Origin: a virus | Lineage: Duplodnaviria; Caudoviricetes | DNA: 64,000 bases | IMG/VR virus record: IMGVR_UViG_3300022719_000035 | Location: 2,776 to 66,775 of that record | Strand: one strand, 5' to 3' | Shown: positions 18,869-27,449 of the stretch, one piece after another | Layout: every line of letters begins with the position of its first letter | Numbering within the stretch: the first letter of the stretch is position 1 | Made by a program: the position numbers and the translations under genes | The notes under the pieces: generated by a model | The model's database searches: none | Seen by the model: only the letters and a program-made list of their open reading frames with translations | What the model was told of the DNA's origin: nothing

Positions 18869-18894
18869 AGCCGCAATCGTTGCGGCTCTTTTTT
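18869..18894 (+). terminator. Rho-independent terminator closing the late/lysis operon
   Basis: AGCCGCAA-TCG-TTGCGGCT followed by CTTTTTT. Confidence 0.8.
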
Positions 18895-18917
18895 GCACTG
18901 TATATTGAGGATATAAA

Positions 18918-19199
18918 ATGGATGAACGTCGCAGTATCAAAGCGGCTGATCATATGCCTGATGGCTACATGAGCCAGTCGCAAGTCGCTGAGTATTTCAA
19001 TGTCACTATGCAGACGATCTTGAATTGGCGCACAGAGCTAGGAATGCCGTTCGAGTTGCTGCATCCGACAATCGATGGAAAGTATTCAGGCAGATCATGG
19101 GTAATCTTCAACAAGGAGAAAGTAGATCAATGGGCAGAACAGCACGGCAAGCAACGCAAAGCAGCAGCGACGAAATACAAGAAACGTCGCCGCGCTTGA
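18918..19199 (+). CDS. HTH DNA-binding protein (MerR/excisionase-like)
   Basis: SQSQVAEYFNVTMQTILNWR helix-turn-helix. Confidence 0.75.
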   Translation: MDERRSIKAADHMPDGYMSQSQVAEYFNVTMQTILNWRTELGMPFELLHPTIDGKYSGRSWVIFNKEKVDQWAEQHGKQRKAAATKYKKRRRA

Positions 19200-20014
19200 T
19201 TCAACTGCACAACAGCCTTGCGCAGAAGCCGCTTAGCTTCACGCGCAAGCGTGCGAAAGTGCTAAACGCAACGAGCACGCAGCCACTTGGCAATCAGATT
19301 AGCGGCTGGCAAACCGATCGCTATCTCATTGGCTACAACTGGTCAACGATGCTGCGCACGCGCGAAGTATTGATCGATACGCTGCCTAGCGCGTTCGATC
19401 TAAAGGTACTATTCGGTTTGATTGGCTTGCTCGGCAATTCAACTGAGTTGTATTTTAAATCGATGTACGAGTGCTTAAAGCGGCTGAATTTACCGACTAG
19501 TGCGCACTACTATCAGCGTACAGACGCTGCGTTGTTTCGCTGGTTGTGTTGTGTGCTTGAATATCGCGATGCGTACTACGACACGAGATTAAAGCGCAGA
19601 AAGCGCGTTGAATTTTTCAACGTAATTTCTGGCTACTCACTAGAAGGTTCGCAACAGCAGCCGTTAGAAGCGCAAGCGCTCAGTGTGAATTTCACTCGCG
19701 AGTTTTATCGCAATATACGCGGCAACTACACTGCGTTTATCGATTTGAACGTAGTAGAGCATCTAGACGGCACTGCAGCTATTGAGTTGTACAAGTATCT
19801 GTGCAGTTTCGATCTGAAGCTAAGCACTGGTACTGCGTTAGTGCGCAACGTTGCAATGCTAGGTACTAACTTACTCGGCATGGAAAATTCGCGTACACAT
19901 AAGAAATGGCAAGCAATCGAAAACGCAGTTAAGCAGATTAATGACTGCTTAACTACGCCTGTATACGCAGTTGTACGTCGCGGCAAAAACGTAATATTTA
20001 GTAAACTATCGTAA
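19130..20014 (+). CDS. Plasmid-type replication initiator (RepA/RPA-like winged helix)
   Basis: LPSAFDLKVL, SMYECLKRL...YYQRTDAALFRW and IDL...AAIELYKYL match iteron-Rep patterns; iterons adjoin the stop; start uncertain (AAGGAG before ATG 19130). Confidence 0.7.
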   Translation: MGRTARQATQSSSDEIQETSPRLIQLHNSLAQKPLSFTRKRAKVLNATSTQPLGNQISGWQTDRYLIGYNWSTMLRTREVLIDTLPSAFDLKVLFGLIGLLGNSTELYFKSMYECLKRLNLPTSAHYYQRTDAALFRWLCCVLEYRDAYYDTRLKRRKRVEFFNVISGYSLEGSQQQPLEAQALSVNFTREFYRNIRGNYTAFIDLNVVEHLDGTAAIELYKYLCSFDLKLSTGTALVRNVAMLGTNLLGMENSRTHKKWQAIENAVKQINDCLTTPVYAVVRRGKNVIFSKLS

Positions 20015-20073
20015 ACCCGGGTGCATTTTTACTATCGTAAACCCGGGTGCAAACTATCGTAAACCCGGGTGCA
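20005..20073 (+). repeat. Three exact 21-bp iterons ACTATCGTAAACCCGGGTGCA
   Basis: Copies at 20005-20025, 20031-20051 and 20053-20073. Confidence 0.95.
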
Positions 20074-20083
20074 CAGGTGCCGC

Positions 20084-20110
20084 ATCTAAAAGGGATCTAA
20101 AAGGAAAAAA
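20084..20110 (+). repeat. ATCTAAAAGG x2 plus A-tract (possible unwinding element)
   Basis: Copies at 20084-20093 and 20095-20104, then an A run. Confidence 0.6.
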
Positions 20111-20116
20111 AGCGAA

Positions 20117-20629
20117 ATGACTTTGAAAAGCGTCAAAACAGAGTTATTAGGTTTTTCAAAAACAGAGTTGCGAGAATTACAGAAAGTAATCGCCTTGCTA
20201 CTCAACGAACGCGCAGCACCAGAGCAGCAGGGCTCAGATATAAGTCGCGCTGCATCTGTGCTTGTGCGTGTACAAGCTGCATTGCCGGATCATCGCGCAG
20301 TGCCGATTGAAGTGTTGCGCAAGCAAGATCCGAAAACGTACAAGCTTGCGCAGACAACAGCCGAGCATCTTGAGACACTGCTTACTGCGATCGCAAAGCA
20401 GGAACGTATGCACGTTACTTCGCTGCATAGAGAAAAGTTTACGTTGCTATTCGTCTGGCAAGCGATTGCGTATATAGAGCAGCGCTTGCCGACTGTGCCG
20501 CTTAGCATGCGTACAGTGTTGCAGCAGTATGTGCGTGCTTACGATCTTATCGCGGCTGCATTTCCAGGCTATCTTGCTGCAGGCTGTTTCTTTCGTCTCG
20601 TATTAGCGCCGCGCGAGTTGCGCGAGTGA
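20117..20629 (+). CDS. Hypothetical protein downstream of the putative origin
   Basis: 170 aa with AAGGA RBS; helical; unrecognised. Confidence 0.65.
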   Translation: MTLKSVKTELLGFSKTELRELQKVIALLLNERAAPEQQGSDISRAASVLVRVQAALPDHRAVPIEVLRKQDPKTYKLAQTTAEHLETLLTAIAKQERMHVTSLHREKFTLLFVWQAIAYIEQRLPTVPLSMRTVLQQYVRAYDLIAAAFPGYLAAGCFFRLVLAPRELRE

Positions 20630-20745
20630 TTTAGTACTAGCGCGTTTAGTACGCAGTGCTAGCACGCGATACGCGCTGCGGTAATGATAGTGGCTGTATG
20701 AGCGCAGAACGTAGTTAGTACGCGCGCAGCAGCGCTACTGCGTTA

Positions 20746-20915
20746 GTGCGCCCCGAGCGCAGTGAGCGCAGCAGCGCAGTAGCGCACTGAGCGCTATTTT
20801 CGCTGCGCAGTGCGAATTTCCAACTTTGAAAACAATCACTTACAAAGTGCTTGCATTCTCTATTTTAGACTGTAAAATGGCTCTCACACTTCAGTACTAA
20901 AACGGAGATACGGCA
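20746..20915 (+). repeat. Early promoter/VNTR element, copy 1
   Basis: AGCGCAG(C/T) units plus conserved core GCGCACTGAGCGCTATTTTCGCTGCGCAG...GTGCTTGCATTCTCTATTTTAGACTGTAAAATGGCTC. Confidence 0.9.
20851..20878 (+). promoter_or_regulatory. Sigma70-type promoter (TTGCAT-16-TAAAAT)
   Basis: -35 at 20851-20856, -10 at 20873-20878; identical in all three copies. Confidence 0.7.
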
Positions 20916-21104
20916 ATGAACAACGCACAGCACAATCTGACAGTTTTTGAGCGCTATGCAGCGCTCATGGTGGCCGACTCTGAGGGGGGCATCTGGTTTC
21001 CTTCGGTTGAGGCGGAGGATGATATTGCCGCCGCCGCGGATCCCGCGCAGCGTGCGTTGGAGATTGCACAACAGGAGCCGCAGCGCGGTACCTGGAAGCA
21101 GTAG
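20916..21104 (+). CDS. Small early protein
   Basis: GGAGATACGGCA-ATG start right after promoter 1. Confidence 0.65.
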   Translation: MNNAQHNLTVFERYAALMVADSEGGIWFPSVEAEDDIAAAADPAQRALEIAQQEPQRGTWKQ

Positions 21105-21153
21105 GACACATCACCGGCGCCAGGGAGGGCGCCCTCACTTAGGAGATACGGCA

Positions 21154-21384
21154 ATGAGAGAATCAATGTACGTCGATGAGTATCTGGAAGATAACAACCG
21201 GCTTGGCCTTGGGCGCGGCCGGACAGTCGGCACTTTCCTGAGCTACGTATTGCGCGGCACTGCGCGCGAGTACTCGGGAAAGTATCAGCGCGCATTGGAA
21301 AATGCGCTTGAGCGGCGCGTGCGTGATGGTCGTGCTTTTGTTGGTGCGAGCGCTATGGGGCGCACGGCTTACTATTCACTCTGA
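21154..21384 (+). CDS. Small early protein
   Basis: GGAGATACGGCA-ATG start at 21154 (MRESMYVDEY...). Confidence 0.7.
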   Translation: MRESMYVDEYLEDNNRLGLGRGRTVGTFLSYVLRGTAREYSGKYQRALENALERRVRDGRAFVGASAMGRTAYYSL

Positions 21385-21401
21385 TTGACGGAGATAAATC
21401 A

Positions 21402-21923
21402 ATGAACGAAGACTACTACACGCCGGGCACGCCAGCATACGAGATTGACGGCATCGCGGCATCTGTGCTGGATGCCGTAAATGAGTTGCGCAAGTATTTG
21501 CTTAGCTGCAATGCATGCAGTGATAGCGAGTATGCGCGCGCTGCAATGCAGGTGCTCAAGCAGGCTGATGCAGCGCTGCATGAGTGTCTTGATAATGCGT
21601 CATATGAGAAGCCATCAGAGCAGGATCGCGTCATCCGTGCAACGCGCTGGGAGCTGGTGCCGAGTAGCGTTGTTACGCGCTGGGTCCGGCTCGTGCTGCA
21701 TACAGCGCCGCACAATTTCGTAAATCAGCGCGCTTATGTTGTTGCGTATCAGGTCGCGCGCCGCCTTGAGGATGGATCGCATATTTATCTCTATGACGTC
21801 CCGAGTATTGCCGCTTGCGGTTTCACTGCGGATGATGCAGCCGCGCGCACTCGCGCATGGCAGTTAATGGATGCTGCGTTCGTTGTGGAGGCGCATCGCC
21901 AGAATTTGTACGTCGAAGAGTAA
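21402..21923 (+). CDS. Early hypothetical protein
   Basis: GGAGATAAATCA-ATG; 173 aa. Confidence 0.7.
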   Translation: MNEDYYTPGTPAYEIDGIAASVLDAVNELRKYLLSCNACSDSEYARAAMQVLKQADAALHECLDNASYEKPSEQDRVIRATRWELVPSSVVTRWVRLVLHTAPHNFVNQRAYVVAYQVARRLEDGSHIYLYDVPSIAACGFTADDAAARTRAWQLMDAAFVVEAHRQNLYVEE

Positions 21924-21990
21924 AGGGAGAGGCACAATGGCTACGATCCGGATCGTGATAATCCGCCAGAGTATCAACAGTAATAGAAGC

Positions 21991-22232
21991 CGCTACTGCG
22001 CAGTGCAATCCGCGCCGTGCGCGCCCCGAGCGCCGTGCGCGCCCCGAGCGCAGCAGCGCAGCAGCGCAGCAGCGCAGTAGCGCAGCAGCGCAGTAGCGCA
22101 CTGAGCGCTATTTTCGCTGCGCAGCGCGAATTTCCAGCTTTGAAAACAACAACTTATTAAGTGCTTGCATTCTCTATTTTAGACTGTAAAATGGCTCCTA
22201 TAGTTCACGTAATACATATAGGAGATACAGCA
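21991..22232 (+). repeat. Early promoter/VNTR element, copy 2
   Basis: 18-bp CGCCGTGCGCGCCCCGAG x2 (22013-22048), about seven 8-bp AGCGCAG(C/T) units, same core. Confidence 0.9.
22165..22192 (+). promoter_or_regulatory. Sigma70-type promoter (TTGCAT-16-TAAAAT)
   Basis: Identical to 20851-20878. Confidence 0.7.
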
Positions 22233-22412
22233 ATGAACGAAGGGCACAAAGCAAAGAAGGGTTACTACATGTCCGAAGCACGGGCGCTTCGGGTTGTTTG
22301 CGAGTCCGAGTGTCACAGCGCGGCGACGTTGCGCCGCGCTGCGGACAGTCTCCGCCTTTGGGGGCTTAAGGGCTGCGCCGAGACGGTGGAGTCTTGGCTT
22401 CGCGGCTACTAA
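22233..22412 (+). CDS. Small early protein
   Basis: GGAGATACAGCA-ATG at 22233. Confidence 0.6.
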   Translation: MNEGHKAKKGYYMSEARALRVVCESECHSAATLRRAADSLRLWGLKGCAETVESWLRGY

Positions 22413-22429
22413 GTAAGAGGGCTGGAAAG

Positions 22430-22654
22430 ATGAGCGAGTTTTTCCGAGTTACGTTCCTGCCGAAAGGCGCGCAGCGCAAAGTCTCGTTTTGGGCTGAGCG
22501 TGTGCGTAGCCATAAGAACGGTACGGTGCTTTTTAGAAAAGTCACCAAAGAAGGGGAGAGTACGGATGACTTTCTGTTGGTGAATCAGACAGCCAATATA
22601 CGGCCAGCAGCTATGAACCTGCATTATGGCGAATTGGAAGTAGTGGAGAATTAG
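22430..22654 (+). CDS. Small early protein
   Basis: In-frame ATG 22430 (MSEFFRVTF...). Confidence 0.6.
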   Translation: MSEFFRVTFLPKGAQRKVSFWAERVRSHKNGTVLFRKVTKEGESTDDFLLVNQTANIRPAAMNLHYGELEVVEN

Positions 22655-22656
22655 CA

Positions 22657-23490
22657 ATGAGCAAAGAATTAGTGAATTGGAATGGCCAAACAGTTGCGGA
22701 GTTTCTCGCGACGCTGCCGCCGCGCCGCGAGCGCGCCGTAATTGCAAAGACAAAGACGGTCAACGTGCGCTACCACAAGCTTTGTGTGCGTTGCGGTGGT
22801 ACAGGTGAGTATTCGCGCTGGCACGGTGAGTGCTGGCGCTGCGGCGGGCGCGGCATTGATCCGACCCCGGCGCATGAAGTGTTTCGCGCTCCTGAGCACT
22901 GGGAGAAATTGCGCGAGCGCCGCGAGAAGGCGCGTGCGAAGCGTGATGCAGAATCACGCACTGCGCGTTTTCGGGCACTGCTTTCATTCGCGCGTGAGCA
23001 TCGCGGCGTGCTCGCGCTGCTGCGCGAGCATCGTGAGCGCGTAGCGCGTGATACTCGCTACCGCATTACGTTTATTGGCGACATTGAGGCGAAGCTTCGT
23101 GCGCGCTGCACGCTCACTACTGCGCAGATTCAAGCTCTGTGCAGCGCGATGGAAGATGCACATGAGCGCTGGGAGCGCATAGACGCAGAGATTCAGGCAG
23201 AGGCAGTAGCGCCGCGCATGGTGGAAGGCCGCCGCACGCTGATCGGCAAGCTTGTGTCGATGCAGTTGTACGATAGTGAATATGGCGCGCAATGGAAGGG
23301 GTTGGTTGTGCTTGATGAAGGCAACAAAGTATTCGGCACGGTGCCGAGAGCGCTTGTGCGCGAGATCAATCAAGACAACTTGCCAGTGCATGTACAGTTC
23401 ACGGCGACAGTGAAGCCGAAAGATGCACACTTCGGGTTTTTCTCGCGGCCGAGCAAGGCTGCAATCATTCAGACAGCAGGAGAGCAGTGA
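22657..23490 (+). CDS. Zn-finger plus OB-fold-like early protein
   Basis: CVRCGGTG...CWRCGG; C-terminal beta domain (GRRTLIGKLVS...VQFTATVKP). Confidence 0.65.
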   Translation: MSKELVNWNGQTVAEFLATLPPRRERAVIAKTKTVNVRYHKLCVRCGGTGEYSRWHGECWRCGGRGIDPTPAHEVFRAPEHWEKLRERREKARAKRDAESRTARFRALLSFAREHRGVLALLREHRERVARDTRYRITFIGDIEAKLRARCTLTTAQIQALCSAMEDAHERWERIDAEIQAEAVAPRMVEGRRTLIGKLVSMQLYDSEYGAQWKGLVVLDEGNKVFGTVPRALVREINQDNLPVHVQFTATVKPKDAHFGFFSRPSKAAIIQTAGEQ

Positions 23491-23702
23491 TGGATTGGCG
23501 TGATCTCGCGGACAGTGCATTTGCGCTGCGTGATGTACAGCAAGACAGCATCGATGTTGCGGGTACGTTTCGCAACCGCGTTCACTTGCGAGCGTTTGAT
23601 GCTGCGTTGGAAGGGTTTGCTCGCGCTGAGGGCAGGCGCAGCGAAGCATTGCGTTACGCAATGCGTAATTGGATCGGGGAAACATACAATGGGGAAAGGT
23701 AA
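23490..23702 (+). CDS. Small early protein (possible ribbon-helix-helix)
   Basis: GGAG RBS; RVHLRAFDAALEGFARAEGRRSEALRYAM resembles a beta-helix-helix arrangement. Confidence 0.5.
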   Translation: MDWRDLADSAFALRDVQQDSIDVAGTFRNRVHLRAFDAALEGFARAEGRRSEALRYAMRNWIGETYNGER

Positions 23703-23916
23703 GCGCTTCTGTAATAAGTATGCGCAGTCAGTTGCTGCGTCTGATCAGCGACAACAATATGCGCTGTTTCCGATCAGTGTCGAAAACGTTTCGATCAACA
23801 GTAACGGCATGTACGGCAGTATCAAGATTTTTGGCACTGTTAAGCGCGTGCGCTACGTGCCGGGATCCTGCAATCAATGGGAGTTTGTGGGCGATGCGGA
23901 CGAACAAGAGAAGTGA
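23689..23916 (+). CDS. Small early protein
   Basis: ATG 23689 (MGKGKRFCNK...), stop just before repeat copy 3. Confidence 0.5.
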   Translation: MGKGKRFCNKYAQSVAASDQRQQYALFPISVENVSINSNGMYGSIKIFGTVKRVRYVPGSCNQWEFVGDADEQEK

Positions 23917-23918
23917 GT

Positions 23919-24121
23919 GCTACTGCGCAGTGCAATCCGCGCCGTGCGCGCCCCGAGCGCAGTAGCGCAGCAGCGCAGTAGCGCACTGAGCGCTATTTTC
24001 GCTGCGCAGTGCGAATTTCCAGCTTTGAAAACAACAACTTATAAGGTGCTTGCATTCTCTATTTTAGACTGTAAAATGGCTCCTACAGTTCATGATTCAG
24101 TACTAAAACGGAGATACGACG
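23919..24121 (+). repeat. Early promoter/VNTR element, copy 3
   Basis: One 18-bp unit, four 8-bp units, same core; shares TCAGTACTAAAACGGAGATACG leader with copy 1. Confidence 0.9.
24050..24077 (+). promoter_or_regulatory. Sigma70-type promoter (TTGCAT-16-TAAAAT)
   Basis: Identical to the other two copies. Confidence 0.7.
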
Positions 24122-24331
24122 ATGACGCGCACACAATTAGTAGAGAAAGCACGCGCCGCAGGCTTTGAGCTTCGCGGCCCGATTCTCGGCAAGTTCAGCA
24201 AGCGCGGCCGCGTGCTGCTCGGCGTGCGGATGTGGGAAGACGGTTCGTACACGCGAGCCGATGTTGAGAATCATCTTGCGACGAAGATCAGCGGCCATAG
24301 CGCGGCCGCTCGCGCGTTGGGTTTGAAGTAA
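24122..24331 (+). CDS. Small early protein
   Basis: GGAGATACGACG-ATG. Confidence 0.7.
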   Translation: MTRTQLVEKARAAGFELRGPILGKFSKRGRVLLGVRMWEDGSYTRADVENHLATKISGHSAAARALGLK

Positions 24332-24339
24332 CAAAGGAG

Positions 24340-24531
24340 ATGACAATGATGGCTATTCCACGATGCAAAGGATCTCGAAGCGCAGTTGATGAGACGCTGG
24401 CGATTCGTCGCTGCCCTTATTGTGGGCAGCGGGTAGAAGTAACGTGCGAGGGCCGCTTGGCTACGCACTCACCAGCGCCGGCGCGCGCCGGCACGCCCGA
24501 CAAGTCGCGCCTTGGCGGCAAATTCATCTAA
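24340..24531 (+). CDS. Small Zn-ribbon-like early protein
   Basis: C...CPYCG...H pattern; AAGGAG RBS. Confidence 0.6.
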   Translation: MTMMAIPRCKGSRSAVDETLAIRRCPYCGQRVEVTCEGRLATHSPAPARAGTPDKSRLGGKFI

Positions 24532-24544
24532 AGGAGACGCAGCA

Positions 24545-24988
24545 ATGAATGCAGAACAGATTGATGTGATCGCGCTGCAGCGCGCACTAAAGAAGCCTGC
24601 ACTGCGCCTGCTCGCAGCGAAAGCGCGAGCAGAAATAGTGCGCACGCACGTAGATCGCATTGCGCGCACTGTGTTACTTAGCGGCGATTTCAGCGTGGGC
24701 GATCTCGCATTAGTAGATGACTTGCCGGATCTCGAATGGTACCGCTATCAGTATGCGCTTGACCTTGCGCTGCGTGATGCCGGCTATGAAATCCCGGAAC
24801 CAGGGTATTGCCCCGCGCTCGTAGCAGAGCATGAAGTGCGACTTGCCAAACAGGCATTGATTGAAGCAGGCGCACCATATACGGGGCTCGCTTGGAAGCG
24901 TGTGAGCAAGCGAGTCGCATGGGTTAATGAAGCCGTAGAGTGCCTGCTCGGCCTCGCAGCGCTTCGTCGCAGGGGAACACAGCAATGA
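24545..24988 (+). CDS. Early hypothetical protein
   Basis: GGAGACGCAGCA-ATG at 24545; GYCPALVAEH motif. Confidence 0.65.
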   Translation: MNAEQIDVIALQRALKKPALRLLAAKARAEIVRTHVDRIARTVLLSGDFSVGDLALVDDLPDLEWYRYQYALDLALRDAGYEIPEPGYCPALVAEHEVRLAKQALIEAGAPYTGLAWKRVSKRVAWVNEAVECLLGLAALRRRGTQQ

Positions 24989-25191
24989 TTTCGCAATGGT
25001 ATGGCGCGCATAAGTGCGACTTATGCGCGAAAAAGAATCTCACTGAGTTGTACGATGCAAAAACGAGATTTGGCTTTTGGGCTACTCTTTGTCCTGAGTG
25101 TTTTACAGCTAACGGATTGGGTATTGGTCCGGGGCGCGGTCAGCACTACAAAAGAGGCGTAGATGGTCATCTGTACAAAGTCGCAGGCTAA
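24985..25191 (+). CDS. Small Zn-binding early protein
   Basis: CDLC...YDAKTRFGFWATLCPEC...GxGxGQxY. Confidence 0.7.
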   Translation: MISQWYGAHKCDLCAKKNLTELYDAKTRFGFWATLCPECFTANGLGIGPGRGQHYKRGVDGHLYKVAG

Positions 25192-25218
25192 CGCTTAACT
25201 ACAGAAGGAGATACGGCG

Positions 25219-25482
25219 ATGGATAATCCGAATACGATTGCAACCAAGCTCGATACCGATGCCGGTATCGTTGAGTACCGTGATGGGGTTACTGTTTTTC
25301 GCGGTCGCTACGCGCATTTGTCGCGCGGCAAGCACTGCGCAAAGCACATGGAATCGTGCGAATGGGCGCGCCGCCCGTTAGACAGTACAGAAGATGTGCT
25401 TGTCTTGGATCGGCCCGGCAAATGGATGTTACACAGTAGCGATGGTTTCAACCGCAAAAAAACTGTGTATGTGATCGTTTGA
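25219..25482 (+). CDS. Small early protein
   Basis: GGAGATACGGCG-ATG. Confidence 0.7.
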   Translation: MDNPNTIATKLDTDAGIVEYRDGVTVFRGRYAHLSRGKHCAKHMESCEWARRPLDSTEDVLVLDRPGKWMLHSSDGFNRKKTVYVIV

Positions 25483-25495
25483 AGGAGATACAGAA

Positions 25496-25720
25496 ATGAG
25501 CAAGCGATACACGTACCATCGCGCGGCTGCGCATATTGAGGATATTGGTGCTGGCCGCGCTGGGTTGTTTCTTACGCCGGGCACGCACGAAGGCCCGGAA
25601 GGCTGGTACAGAGTGCGATCGGATGGTGCTGTGCAGTTAGAGTGCCGATCCGGCGCTCCGTATGTGCAGCTTCCACAGTGCCCGACAACGGGCGCGCTGA
25701 TTTTGCCACAAGAGGATTAA
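25496..25720 (+). CDS. Small early protein
   Basis: GGAGATACAGAA-ATG. Confidence 0.65.
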   Translation: MSKRYTYHRAAAHIEDIGAGRAGLFLTPGTHEGPEGWYRVRSDGAVQLECRSGAPYVQLPQCPTTGALILPQED

Positions 25721-25723
25721 CTT

Positions 25724-26104
25724 ATGCGCAGCGCTAAGGGAGTGCGAGACAGTATTGCAAAAGCACTCGGGCAACGCTGGTATGAAGCTTTGTGCTCTGG
25801 GCACTATGCGCAGGGCAGGGGGTTTTTGCGGCGCGGCGATTGTTATTGTCCGTTTGGGGTGTTGTGCGATATTTATTATCCGCCGGGCACATGGGAGTCT
25901 GTAATGATTCGGCGGGGCATTGGGGAATGGATACAAGCATGGCGTATTGCTGAATGCAGCAGACTACCGCCGAATGAAGTTGTTACCGCAGTTGGCCTAG
26001 ATCCATTGTGTATCACAGAGATTACGCGGCTGAATGATTTGGAGTATGCAGCTTTTCCAGTTATTGCTTATCGAGTTGCGAAGTTGCTGAAGTTACCGCA
26101 ATAG
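25724..26104 (+). CDS. Conserved-looking phage hypothetical protein
   Basis: WYEALCSGHYAQGRGFL...YCPFGVLCD resembles a motif I associate with phage hypothetical proteins. Confidence 0.65.
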   Translation: MRSAKGVRDSIAKALGQRWYEALCSGHYAQGRGFLRRGDCYCPFGVLCDIYYPPGTWESVMIRRGIGEWIQAWRIAECSRLPPNEVVTAVGLDPLCITEITRLNDLEYAAFPVIAYRVAKLLKLPQ

Positions 26105-26115
26105 GAGACAAAGAA

Positions 26116-26409
26116 ATGAGCAAGCAACATGTACGCAGAGGCCGCGAGGCCAAACAGCGCCGGCGCACAGTAGCACTAGCGAATCTGCTTGAGCAGCAGC
26201 AGGAGCTTACGGTAGCGATTTATACAAAGCAGCAGAAGCTTAATGGCGGAAAGTACAAAGAAGATGTAGCGTACATTCGCAACGCGCGTAAGCGCACTGC
26301 TGCTGCGGAGGCACTGCGTGAAGATCTGGAATATCTTCTTGCCGTTGATCAGCGTCGCGCTTCGATAACGCACCGCGAGATTACGATTCTGCAGCAGCGT
26401 GTTCGTTAA
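26116..26409 (+). CDS. Basic coiled-coil early protein
   Basis: GGAGACAAAGAA-ATG. Confidence 0.65.
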   Translation: MSKQHVRRGREAKQRRRTVALANLLEQQQELTVAIYTKQQKLNGGKYKEDVAYIRNARKRTAAAEALREDLEYLLAVDQRRASITHREITILQQRVR

Positions 26410-26423
26410 CAGGAGAATACCCG

Positions 26424-26630
26424 ATGAGTAAACAGCAGCGCGGCATAACATTTATGTTAATGGGCGATGTTTATCGCACATCAAAGAGAAACTACCGGCG
26501 CATTTTGCGCGGTATTCGTGACGGCGAAGATATCGATCATGTTGGTTGTCGTTTGATAGCTGAGCATCCAGTAGAGCTAACCGATTTGGATTCTGATGAA
26601 GCGCAGGATCTGCTTGACGAATTGGATTGA
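26424..26630 (+). CDS. Small early protein with acidic C-terminus
   Basis: AGGAG RBS. Confidence 0.65.
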   Translation: MSKQQRGITFMLMGDVYRTSKRNYRRILRGIRDGEDIDHVGCRLIAEHPVELTDLDSDEAQDLLDELD

Positions 26631-26649
26631 GAACAAAGGAGACATTGTT

Positions 26650-27090
26650 ATGCATGTAGAAATTGAACTTGAAGGCCCTATTGTTAATCAGATTGCGATT
26701 CGCTGGGAGTCGGATCGCGAGTATTACGATCACAACCGCACTATGTTGCCTGTTGTTGATTGTGCGCGCGGTTTGCCGTATTGGATGGTGCGAGAGTCTA
26801 TCGCGCATAGCAGTTACGCGGCTGTCGCGCGCTGTGGTTATCACGAATTACTCGATAACGGCCATTCGTGGTACGCATGGCTTCGTTGCTCTGGTTCGTG
26901 GGCATGGCTGCGTCAGCGCAATAAGTATGATGCGTTGCTTGTTCTCTCAGGGCCGCGCCATTCTGTGCTTGAACTCGTAGATCGCGATGCACTTGCAGCG
27001 TATGCGGTTCGATGGACCTATCATGCAACACGTGAACCAGAATGGCGACCATGGCAGACGCTTGACTCGCGTATAGGGGTATTGTCATGA
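26650..27090 (+). CDS. Early hypothetical protein
   Basis: AAGGAGAC RBS before ATG 26650. Confidence 0.65.
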   Translation: MHVEIELEGPIVNQIAIRWESDREYYDHNRTMLPVVDCARGLPYWMVRESIAHSSYAAVARCGYHELLDNGHSWYAWLRCSGSWAWLRQRNKYDALLVLSGPRHSVLELVDRDALAAYAVRWTYHATREPEWRPWQTLDSRIGVLS

Positions 27091-27449
27091 GCGCGCACAC
27101 AGATGCAGCCGCATCCGCGCCGTTTCTGCTCGCTGTCAGTGAGTGGAATGACTTCTTGTCGTGTTTTGCGCGCCGGCTTGTTGTGCGACACAAACCAGCA
27201 TTGTTTGATCGTGGCGAGTTTCGTTTGGAATACGAAGTGGTTGAGCGTAAATCAAATGGGACGCATTACCGCACTTCTGAATATTGGCTGCTTTCGTATT
27301 ACCCATACGATGCGGATGAGTCAATATCTGCGTATGAAGATGCGCGCACAGAAGCTATGGTTGCGTTTATTGATTTGCAAGAGGCGCAACAATCGATTAT
27401 GCGCAGTAACGTTGTAATTGCAGAAGTGCGAGGGGGCAAAGATTCATGA
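27087..27449 (+). CDS. Hypothetical protein
   Basis: ATGA overlap with the upstream gene. Confidence 0.6.
   Translation: MSAHTDAAASAPFLLAVSEWNDFLSCFARRLVVRHKPALFDRGEFRLEYEVVERKSNGTHYRTSEYWLLSYYPYDADESISAYEDARTEAMVAFIDLQEAQQSIMRSNVVIAEVRGGKDS

Noticed and set aside
20005-20073. Mini-CRISPR array
   Set aside because: Spacers are 5 and 1 bp; Rep adjacency fits iterons.
21871-22080. ORFs translated across repeat elements (also 22161-start extension, 23917..24168, 52604..52792, 52594..53113 minus-strand ORFs)
   Set aside because: Peptides simply mirror the DNA repeats (AAQQRSS, VY/AY, CAAL); no coding-like features.
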